64,000 bases of DNA, from contig JBLDXI010000024.1 of NCBI GenBank assembly GCA_047495785.1, forward strand, positions 1,860,001-1,924,000, in the 5' to 3' direction. Below, piece after piece: positions 1 to 9,883 of the stretch. The translations under genes were made by a program, and so were the position numbers. The first letter of the stretch is position 1, and each line of letters begins with the position of its first letter. Origin of the DNA: Lepidodermella squamata (lineage: Eukaryota > Animalia > Gastrotricha). The notes beneath the pieces are model-generated. The model was not told the origin of the DNA, did no database searches, and was given only the letters and a program-made list of their open reading frames with translations.

Positions 1-974
1 GCAAGCATTGGAACATGGCCCAGGAGTTCGTGGATGCAATCTCTGGGAACAAAATTATTTGTTCAGGTCAATCGGAATTAACGAGACACTCACGGTTCCG
101 GGCTGTGATGTGGCGAAGATGGATGCCGAATATACTGGGTACACATGAATACGCGGTAGGCCAAGCTATAAAGAAAATGCCGTGATGACAGCAACCCAGA
201 GACAGGTCGTAGTTGAAACCCAGTCTGCCTTTTCAGAAAACTCGAGACGTCTTCGAGCTGCGGAATGAACGCAGGCGCGTAGATTCCTTCGTCCTCCATT
301 AGGTTGAAGACACGGATGAATCCGGAGTAAGCATGCGTCTTGTGTAGCTCTTTCAGCTTAGAATATACCGCACGCCAGGTTGACACCTCATCGCTGGTGA
401 ATTCAACTCGTGGAATCGGAGATCCCCTGAAAATGAAGAGTGTGTATAATTCTGTAGGTTAAGAGGAAAATTAAGGTTACGTTTTATGGTTGTAAGCGAC
501 GTTGGCGATCGCATTTCTGCGGGCACGGTAATTGCTGTCATGGAATCCCTGAAATTTGAAAAATTCACCATTAATTTGAATTTCTATCAAGCCGTGACTT
601 ACTGGATGACCAGAATCTTCCGTCGGGTCGAATTTCGTTATGCATTCGAGACATTTATCCAGCTCAGTAATGTCTTTCGGATACCAATACTCGCTTGCAG
701 TTGAATTGTTCGACGATATTATTAGCTCAATATGTGAATCGATCTTGCAGTTCCTCAAAGCATCCAGTAATTCTCGGCCATCGCACGATTCTGTGCTATA
801 GAGTTTAGTTTCCACCAGAAAATCGCGCTTGCTTTGGTTGAATTTGTTGTTTCGAATTTCGAGTCGCTCTACTTCGGCACCATTTATCTCCTTGATGGCG
901 CTGTATATACAGCTGAGGGCTTTTGCTGGTTGTTCAACGCCTTCGATAAGAAAAACGCATCTGTTTTCGCACAT
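1..974 (-). CDS. TH: Tyrosine hydroxylase-like aromatic amino acid hydroxylase (multi-exon; 3' part lies off the window)
   Basis: Spliced exons read [12 protein letters not shown]...[39 protein letters not shown] and [17 protein letters not shown]|[14 protein letters not shown]. SSPxHSPEPDC and HVPMLA match TH better than PAH or TPH. GT-AG introns at about 602-550, 481-428 and 94-43. Confidence 0.85.
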
Positions 975-1034
975 TGAGCTGAGGATTGAGCTTCTTTACC
1001 AAATTACAAAGATATATTCGGGGAAATTTCCGTT

Positions 1035-1070
1035 GAGACTGAGAAATTGACAAAGATCGCGCTGCTTATA
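1035..1070 (-). promoter_or_regulatory. TATA + Inr core promoter of TH
   Basis: Minus-strand TATAAG (1070-1065) lies 30 nt upstream of the A in TCAGTCTC (A at 1040), which is ~65 nt before ATG 974. Confidence 0.55.
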
Positions 1071-1507
1071 TTTGCGTGAAGTGCATACGTGACGAAGTTC
1101 TTCGTGCACCTAATTAGCGGCTCTGGGTATTGTCATCATGTCATGATACAATGGCGCGTCTGTTAAAAAAAACTCGGAATCGGCGGCGAAAGTGTATGTC
1201 TGGATAATTAGTAGGAAAAGTAGAAAAAAATTAACGCGAGCGCCGACAGCTTATTACAGATCCCTTATCTTTTGATGATAATTATAGTCAATGCAAAAAA
1301 TGAATTCGCTTCCAATTATAAGCAACTAGTCTAGAAAAGTTCAAAGATGGCGCAGACGCCTCCCTCACTTTAACCAACAATAAAGCATGTAGTGGAGTGA
1401 GTGCCGTAACGACTTGCCTGGAATAGAAACATGCGCTTCATGCTTTTTGTGAGCTGAAAAAACTGGCGTTCAGTTCTGTCTTTTGATCATCAAGGCAGCA
1501 GACAGCA
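1071..1507. repeat. Cluster-specific non-coding module, copy 1 (upstream of TH)
   Basis: 1325-1507 matches the reverse complement of 6249-6432 (~85-90% by eye) and, more loosely, 6806-6918. 1071-1163 matches 6585-6662. Confidence 0.9.
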
Positions 1508-2094
1508 CGTAGCGGTGATATTAGAAAATACTAGAAGTTGTCGTTTCCATTGTCTGTGCTTCGAATGCGCATTTTTGTATATCATCATCAACTTCAGGCG
1601 TGGTACAGTGGAACCATCCGAAATGACTTCTAATTATAATTTTATTGAAGGCTTATTTTATTTGAACCTATGCAAAGGAGTCCATCAATATGAATAAGGA
1701 AATTCTCTAATTAAAGTTGTTGTTGCGGGAAATAAACCAGTGTTAGGCTGTGAGAAACTTTGAGGCCGATTCTTTGATCAAACTCCAAGCGTATTCTATG
1801 TCCTGTTCGGTGGTTTTCGCCGCACAAATCGCTGAGTAGTTCGGCAGATTTGCAACATCAGCCGGCGTAGGGCGAGGCGAACGGCGAACGGAATAACCTA
1901 TTTCATTAACGTAACTGCGCCCCCCCCTCCTCCATGGGAACTTGAGATTCCAATGATTTCCTCACACCTTGATCGCTATATAATCATGCATCGTGCCCCT
2001 ATAGAATGAACCGTATATTTTATTAAAAAATGAATCAGTCCTGGAGTTTCAGCGATGTTAGAATATCATCATGCACTATGCGACATATATACAC

Positions 2095-3883
2095 TTAATG
2101 TGGCAAGTTGTCCTCTTTCTGCCGATTTTTACAGCCAATTTTCAGTTGAATAAGCGGGCGCCCAGGAGAGAACCGTTCGGCCGCTGACGTAACATCTGTC
2201 AAACCGACGCCTGTTTCCGGTAGGAAAAGCAGGCAAAACAAGCATTCAAGAGCAGCAACGGCAGCAAAAGGCAGGAAGGAATACTGGTGGATTGTGATCT
2301 GCATGGCGGGGAAAATGAAGCTGCTGATGATGTTGCAAGACCAACTGGCGAACATTGACACGCTCATCCCCATTGGTCGAGCGTTTTGATCGAATAACTC
2401 AGCTGCGATGAAGCAAGGTATCGGGCCGGGTCCAGACGCAAAAAACAGGTGAAACAGAGCGAAACCCAAAATGCTCGCTTGGAAAACCTGGAAAATTGAT
2501 TGATAAAAAATATTTGAAATGGATGAGAAAAGCTTACGTTATAGCTCAGGACGATGACCAGCAAAATTTGAGCCAGGGAAGTGCCGAGCAGTCCGATGAT
2601 CATCAAAGGACGCCGTCCAACTCGATCGATGATTATCGCATTGATGACATTTCCGATGAGATTTGCGACTGATACGCCGAAGTTCGCGAGTCCAGCCCTG
2701 TCAGAAGGTAAACCAGCGGAGTAGAGCACGTTGGCTGCATAGAAGAAAACCGGGGCTAGACCGGTCAGTTGAGCGCATATAAGCATGTTCACGACGATAA
2801 TTAGAGGCCACCATAGTGAGCGATTTTTGAATATGGCTTTGACTGAAACTAATTCGACCTTCGCCTCAGCTGCTGAAATTTCTTTCAATTCGACCAACTC
2901 AGCTTCGACTTCTTTCGCCGACCTTCCGCGAAGCTTTTTCAACGCTGACAAATCAGCTGTTAATACTTCATCTTATTGCAACAAGTGAGATCTTCTACCT
3001 TCTATAGCTTGGTCCTCCTTGCCCTGGTCAATTAAAGCTCTAGGACTTTCGACGACAAGAAACAAGGCAGCTCCATCCACTAGATATATGCCAAGTTCGA
3101 ATACTTGTAAATAAATAAAATTAATATGTGGCTAAAACACTAATTATTTGTAAAATTTACGAAATAAATATTGCCACGTTGACTCTTTGCCTAGCACAAA
3201 ACTGAGACCCAGAATGTTAGAAACGAGAAGGCCGAGGCTGATTCCAATGCCGATGAAACTGCCGAGTATACCTCTCAGTCTGCCAGGTGCATGCTCTATA
3301 ATTATCGAAGGCGCGATCACCAGAGTTAAGCCAGCTTGAAACCCTAACACTGTCCTTCCAATGTACAGTGGAATGTGGCTCTCAGTCCAGGGTGTCACAA
3401 ACAAGATCACAGCGCCAGCGCACCCAATAGCAGATCCCAAAATTAAAGAATTCCTCCTTAGAAATTGAATAATTGTTAAACGTTGTCGTGCAATTATTTT
3501 CTAAATTATTCTCACTTTCCAAATTTGCTTGAAATTTTGACTGGAATCCATGTTGATCCGATGATGCCGCCAATTAGGTACAAAGCGACTATAGCAGACC
3601 AGTTCGAATTCAGTTCAGCGCTTGACAAAATTTGGCCAGTTCTCGCAAATGACTGGTTGACGTAGTTATTCATAACTTCAAACGGGGCATTTATCACGCC
3701 TATTATGCAAGATCATTTAAAAAATTAGCCCTGAAACGATTCATCAAAAATATAGTTACCGAGGTTGTAACCGAATAGGAACGAAGAGCCAAGAACGATC
3801 GAAACATTGCAGTAGATCAGATAGAAAGTCCAGCCTCCCGCTTGCTTCTCCTCTGAAACAGCTGATTCACCGGTCTTGCTCAT
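2095..3883 (-). CDS. SLC2A/GLUT-family MFS transporter (multi-exon) with divergent substrate site
   Basis: Motifs GSSFLFGYNLG|VINAP, EHAPGRLRG, VESPR, QLTG..VFFY, DRVGRRPL, GPGPIP, AELFDQNARP and LPET. ATG 3883, stop 2095. Confidence 0.9.
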
Positions 3884-4219
3884 GTTTATCAACTATTCTC
3901 CACTTGCTTATTGTTGAAAAACGTTTTGCGGTAAAAAGGAGTGGGACTATTATGAGGAAATAATATTTTATAATTTTTTGAATGAACGATGTAAATTCGT
4001 CGTCAAATAACTTTTCCAATTAAAATTTTGATTAAAACGCGCTCACATGATTACGGCGAGGAGGCGTGCCGGGGTAGACTGCTCACGTTTTAATAATCTA
4101 AAATAAGATCATACCTTTTCATACCTTAAGCACTCATTGTTCATAGTACTTCGTCCTCGAAGAACATAACACGTTAGCTTCAGTAACCGGTTTTTTCACT
4201 TGAAGAGCTATCACTAATA

Positions 4220-6028
4220 ATGGACGCTGACGAATTTCGCCTGCGGGGCAAGGAGATGATCGATTTCGCAGCTGATTACCTGGAAAACATCAGCGAGAGG
4301 TTAAATATTAAATATTATTAAATTGATCAATTAAGTAATTCAAATGAACAATTAAAGACCAGTTTTCCCAACCGACCTGAAGCCTGGATTTCTGACTCCG
4401 CAGTTACCATCGGAAGCGCCACAGGAACCGGATAGTTTCGAAGCTGTGATGGATGATATAAATCGAGTCATACTACCTGGAGTGACTCATTGGCATTCTC
4501 CGAAGTAGGTTCAATTGTTCCTCTCAATTAAACTAACCAAAGCTTCCTTTGACAAGGTTTTTCGCCTATTTTCAAACAGCAAACTCCTACCCGGCGATTA
4601 TGGCTGACATTCTGTCAGATGCAATTGGATGCATAGGATTTTCATGGGCCTCTTCGCCTAGCTGCACTGAGGTTTGCAATTCAAGTTCTTAAAACTTGAC
4701 ATAATTGAATTACATTTCTCTAATTTAAATTAGCTAGAGACGGTTATGATGGACTGGTTGGCGAAAATGTTGCAACTCCCGGAGCATTTCTTGTTCAGCT
4801 CTGGCCAAAAAGGTGGTGGCATAATTCACGGAACGGCAAGTGAAGCGACATTCACAGCACTTTTAGCCGCCCGCAGTAGAGCAATAGCTCAACAGAAAGA
4901 ACTTAATCCCAATTCAACAGCGGGCAGCGTCCTCGATAAATTGGTCGCTTTCTGCTCTGACCAGGCTCACTCCAGTGTTGAACGAGCTGGTTTGATGGGC
5001 TGTATCCAACATTTCGTGAAAGTCCCGAGTGATGACGAAGAATCCATGCGAGGTGACCGTCTGAAACAAGCGATTGAAACTGCAATAGCTCGGGGTCTGG
5101 TTCCTTTTTACGTTGTAGCAACACTTGGAACTACAAATACCTGTGCTTTTGACAATTTGTTGGAAATCGGCAAAGTTGTCGCAGAATACAATGAGAAGAG
5201 CGAAACGCCGATTTGGCTGCATGTTGATGCCGCTTATGCTGGTAGTGCGTTCTGCTGTCCGGAATATCGGCATTATTTGAGCGGCGTCGAATTTGCCGAC
5301 TCTTTCAACTTCAACCCTCACAAATGGATGCTGGTTAACTTCGACTGCTCTGCCATGTGGTTTAAAGATGCCTCTCAAGTGGTCAGTTGAGAATTCTCGA
5401 AACTTTTTTATTGCTGAAATTGTTGCTTATAAAGGTGGATGCGTTCAACGTCGACCCTCTGTACTTGAAGCACCAGTTTCAAGGGCAACAGCAAGTTCCG
5501 GACTATCGACATTGGCAAATTCCTCTAGGACGTAGATTCAGAGCGCTGAAGCTCTTCTTTGTCCTTCGATTGTTCGGAGTTCGAGGAATTCAGGTTTTTC
5601 ATCTTAACGCATTTACTTTTGTATACCTACTTCTGCTGCATATAGGATTATATCAGAAAGCAGATTGGACTAGCTCATTCATTCGAAAATAAGCTGAAAT
5701 CTGACAAACGATTTGAGATAACGGCAGAGGTCACGATGGGACTGGTTTGCTTCCGATTGATCGAAGTTAGCGATGGTGACGTCAATGGGCCTTCCGAAGC
5801 TCTTTACAAGGCAATTGCGAGCGATGGCCGAATTCACTTGGTTCCGACGAAAGTAAAGTAAGAGCATCTTTTTGCAAAATAAGGTAATCAAATAAAAAAT
5901 GCTATGATTTCAGGGAAAAATTCGTGCTGCGACTGGCGATTTGTGCGGCGAAAACCACCGAACAGGACATAGAATACGCTTGGAGTGTAATTAAAGAATT
6001 GGCCTCAAAGGTTCTGACATCCCAATAA
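4220..6028 (+). CDS. DDC: Aromatic L-amino acid (DOPA) decarboxylase, 7 exons, intact
   Basis: [44 protein letters not shown] lysine motif NPHKW, DPLYLKH and [15 protein letters not shown] (DDC-type, unlike the HDC/TDC ..PLSRRFR). The exons splice in frame. Confidence 0.95.
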
Positions 6029-6248
6029 CGCGGGTTTAAATCCCACAAAAACACTATTATTTTGAGAAAATTTCCTTATTAATGTTGACTGATTCTTAAG
6101 CATTACTTCAAGTAAAATTAAACTCGAATATGATCAAAATGAAAAGACATTTTCCACAGGATCACGCCTGAAATTGATGATGATACAAAAGTGCGCGTTC
6201 GAAGCACAGACAATTGACACGACAACCGCCAGTCTTATCTATTACCCC

Positions 6249-6505
6249 TGCTGTCTGCTGCCATGATGAGCAAAAGACAGAACTGAACGTCAGTTTTTCC
6301 ACTCACAAAAAGCATGAAGCGCATGTTTCTATTCCTGGCAAGTCGTTACGGCACTAACTCTGATACGTGCCTCATTGTTGGTTAAAGTGAGGGAGGCCCA
6401 TATGCGCCATCTTTGAACCTTTCTAGACTAGTAGGTGCCGTCAACACACGAATTCATTTTTTTCTATGGTGACTAATTAGCAAGACATTTACCTTTGCCG
6501 CCGGT
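6249..6505. repeat. Cluster-specific non-coding module, copy 2 (inverted, just 3' of DDC)
   Basis: Reverse complement of the 1325-1507 block, extending into the CGGCGGC..TGTC..TAATTAG..AGAAAAAAATGAA motif. Confidence 0.9.
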
Positions 6506-6576
6506 GCCGACTAGGTGTACCGCGTGCACTAGATTGTTCCCGGCGAAAGTTCGCGCGAAATGTGGTTATTCTTAAG

Positions 6577-7010
6577 CTGCAATTATGCGTGGGAAGTGCA
6601 TAGTTCCTCGTGCAACTAATTAGTAGATTTAGAAATATTCATCATACAATGGCGCGTCTGTCTGGGAACCGCGCTTGAACATATTTTAGCTCAATTTCGT
6701 GTGGATACTCGCCTGGTGTCTTGATCTAGCATATGTCTTGCTAATTAGTCACCATAGAAAAAAATGAATCTGCGTGGTGACGGCAAACCAAACCAACGAT
6801 AACCAACTAGTCTAGCCAAGTTCAAGTTGGAGCAGTGGCCTCCCTCACTTTAACCAAGAATATGGCATAACCAAGAGTGGGTGCCGTAGCGAATTGCCCG
6901 GATTGGAAACAAGGCAGCGGCGGGGAAGGTTGCTATTGTCTTCTTAGTTAGGTAAGTAGAAAAAAATGAACACGCGAGTAGCGATGGCATACGAAAGATG
7001 GCTTATCAAC
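6577..7010. repeat. Cluster-specific non-coding module, copy 3 (upstream of the GNAT)
   Basis: Contains matches to 1071-1163 (TCGTGCA.CTAATTAG, ATACAATGGCGCGTCTGT), 1325-1430 (ACTAGTCTAG, GCCTCCCTCACTTTAACCAA, GTGCCGTA) and 1205-1240 (AAGTAGAAAAAA..AAC.CGCGAG). Confidence 0.85.
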
Positions 7011-7092
7011 GACACTCGGCTGTTTAAGCTCACAGTTGACAGTTCAGCGCTTCAGTCTCCTTCAATAACGCATTCAACTACCCAGAAAGTTC

Positions 7093-7722
7093 ATGGCGAA
7101 TCACCAAGTTGCTGTCAAACTGCTCACCCGCGATCGCCTCGATGAGGCTGTTGATGTGTTGGCGAACTCATTTATGCAGAATCACCTCCCCACAATCCAC
7201 CTCAAACAATTTACTCGCGACAAGTTCCCGATATTCGTCCGAGACTTTATTATCGAGACTTGCATCGATCAACATGTTAGCCTTTTCATTGAAGACTCTG
7301 CTGGTAAAATGCTTGGCGTTGCTGTCGGCGAGATATGGCATATCGAGGAGAATCCTTCTCTGCCTGATCAGGATGAAGAGATGTTCATCCTGATGGGAGA
7401 GCTCCAAAAAATGTTGCCGCAAGAGATGGTTGCAGAATCTTGCAATGGAACAATTTTGCATCTCAGCATGGTCGCGACTCGAGTTGGTGAACATGGCCGT
7501 GGGGTCGCGACTCTGCTGATAAAATCAATGGTCGAATTCGCGCTGATGAATGAATTCAAATACATCTTCGGCGATTGTACATCGGTTGAGACGCAGCACA
7601 TATTTTTGGATAAATTAGGCTTCACCAACGCTGGGGAAATCATGTACGATACATTCAGCGACAAGCTCAAGGGCTGCCCTGGCAAAATTGTTTTAGCGGT
7701 CAAGAAATTAGTCCAAGATTAG
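7093..7722 (+). CDS. GNAT acetyltransferase resembling insect arylalkylamine/dopamine N-acyltransferases (intronless)
   Basis: 209 aa. Features include the N-terminal 'LDEAVDVLANSF' helix, 'DSAGKMLGVAV', the AcCoA motif HGRGVATLLI and 'DCTS..TQHIF.KLGF', as in the iAANAT family. Candidate TTTAAG + TCAGTCTC promoter at 7023-7059. Confidence 0.7.
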   Translation: MANHQVAVKLLTRDRLDEAVDVLANSFMQNHLPTIHLKQFTRDKFPIFVRDFIIETCIDQHVSLFIEDSAGKMLGVAVGEIWHIEENPSLPDQDEEMFILMGELQKMLPQEMVAESCNGTILHLSMVATRVGEHGRGVATLLIKSMVEFALMNEFKYIFGDCTSVETQHIFLDKLGFTNAGEIMYDTFSDKLKGCPGKIVLAVKKLVQD

Positions 7723-8670
7723 GCTGTCGGAATTCGGAATCATGGATGATAAATTATTCGACCCACTGAAGCACATGAAACAGTTATAACTTGATCCATG
7801 AAAGTTCTGATGACATCATATATATAGTAAAAATTGAGCATATTATCAGTAATATTGCGGAATAAATAGGTAGCGTATTTTACGAAATATAAGGCAGGAC
7901 TGAAATAATGTTTTTCGAACTCGGAAAAATAGTGAAAAAATCAAGCAACTTTTCGAGGGAGGCAATTATTAACCCCGAAAACGTGAAATCGAGCTCATCA
8001 GCTTATTTGAGCAGCTTCCAAAAGAATTTTCAGGTACCTGAACCTTTTTAAATCCGCGATTCCGCAGGTGGAAGGCTACTCCTTATCTTTTCGTTAGCTT
8101 CGCGCCAGAAGGGCGACTTTACTATAAATAGCTCTCGCGTATGAAAAGTAAGGCCGCTTCATAACGTGTTGGGGAATACAAGCAGCTATAGATTATCACG
8201 TTCTACGGGCAAGTGACGTCAACTAAACTACCCTTTTGGCGCCGTTTTCAGGCCAGATGATTTTCCTGGCTTCAACCTGATTTTTTATTTTTAGCATTTT
8301 GATTCTCTTTCGATTGTGCGGTCTTGTGTTCGGGAAAGGTCCAAAACAACACAGTGTTGACTTAGTGCTTTCTATTGTTAAGCTAGTACTCCAAATTTAA
8401 TATTTCCTAACCGCAGGTTACAATTTTTCGCTTGCTATGGCATCTAACGCGGCGACTTCAAATTGGTTGTTCTCTACCCTAAAATCAGGTTAATATATTT
8501 TTCTATAACAGCTGAATTGCTCTAATTGCGAATACGGGAATTGTGCCAATGTCCACTTGAAGCTGCTACCAGTCTGTGGCCATCATCAGCTTTACGAAAA
8601 CTGTATTATTTAACGGGTGATAGATGGCACATTCGACTGTCGATTTTGTTCGCGCACTGGCCACCCTGTA

Positions 8671-8997
8671 TTTTTTAAATGAAACCTTCCGAGAGAATTT
8701 ATAATCTTCTATCTACGATATAACCGAAGAAATAGGTACAAAATTTACCGCTGAAAACCCGGAAACCCCCGATAGTTACGGGTTCGGTAATTTTCGGTAT
8801 TTTGCCCGATCGGACCGAATATCTCCGGACATTTTTAATTCCATTAAAATGGGGCATGCTGGATTACGATTCTCGTGATTTTTTCGTGATTTTCGAAACA
8901 TTTTCTGGCCATGAGATGCGACTTCGTCTCTCATCTTAGAGTTTCTGAACCTTTTTCCGTGTATTTTCTTTGCTTGCGTTACTTATGGGACACGTTG
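8671..8997 (-). mobile_element. Tc1/mariner-type MITE family A, truncated copy
   Basis: The reverse complement begins TA|CAACGTGTCCCATAAGTAACGCAAG and is colinear with the full copy at 22654-23041. Confidence 0.8.
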
Positions 8998-9040
8998 TAG
9001 GAATTTTCGAAATTCGATTATTTTTCGGTCTTCTTTCTTA

Positions 9041-9390
9041 GAATCGGTCAAATTATTGATTGAAAAGGGCGCAGATACCAGATCGCCAAATGGGATCTCT
9101 GATCTGACTGCTGCCAGTCTTGCTGCGATGGGTGGCCATATTGAAACTCTGAAGTGCCTTATCAAAGCGGATGCTAGCGTTTTCACGCTGAAAAATTCCG
9201 TAACTCCGCTGATTGCTGTAACGCCAACGTAACTGCTTACCGGAAAATAACAATGGTCACTTGGAAACAGTGAAACTTATCTGTGACCTGAATCCTGAAC
9301 TGGCGGCTTTGCGAAGTTACAAAAGGCCCCTTATTCGCGCCGAAAATTACAACAAGACAGAAACAGTTGAATTTCTTCGAAATTTTTTAA
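9041..9390 (+). pseudogene. Ankyrin-repeat gene fragment, paralog of the downstream ankyrin exon
   Basis: Reads ESVKLLIEKGAD..LAAMGGHIETLKCLIKADASV...TPLIA, then a stop/frameshift, then NGHLETVKLICDLNPELA. It parallels parts of ORF 12189-13226 with a deletion. No start exon found. Confidence 0.75.
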
Positions 9391-9883
9391 ATCCCATTGA
9401 TGATTGTATCTTTGACTGCATCATCTAATAAAGAGTATTTTGATCGAATTATTTGCTTGACAATTATCTTTCATTTTTATTAGACCGATATTCTTGAGAT
9501 TCTTACCATGAAAAAAAGAGAATTTTTGAAATCGCATTGTACCTACGCACAAAATAATTGAGGTTCTAGTTTTGCGTGTGTGTGTGTGCCATTTTATAGG
9601 CACGAGTGAACTATACCCACATCAATTACTTTATTTGACCGTTAGCCGACACGCAACAATGTGGCGTAACATTTTTGACTTTCTACTTATTAATCGCATG
9701 CATTTTTAGCTAAATGAAACTGGTCCAACGCTTGTTTAAAGAGCTCTAGATTTCATCCAGATCATTTAGGTTTTCAATTTGTTGACCAATAATTTTTATT
9801 TTGTATTGCAATATGATTCACCTAGGGAACTGTTATTTCACCGATTTAGTTCTGACCTTTTTCAATTATTTCATCTTTTCTCA

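Noticed and set aside
1-974. Tryptophan or phenylalanine hydroxylase (a serotonin/melatonin cluster)
   Set aside because: [17 protein letters not shown] and ELDKC..TKFDP fit TH better than TPH/PAH. Substrate specificity remains unproven because the C-terminus is off-window.
8050-8670. Mariner-like remnant ending in GGCCACCCTG|TA
   Set aside because: Only one TIR-like end, and no convincing transposase frame.
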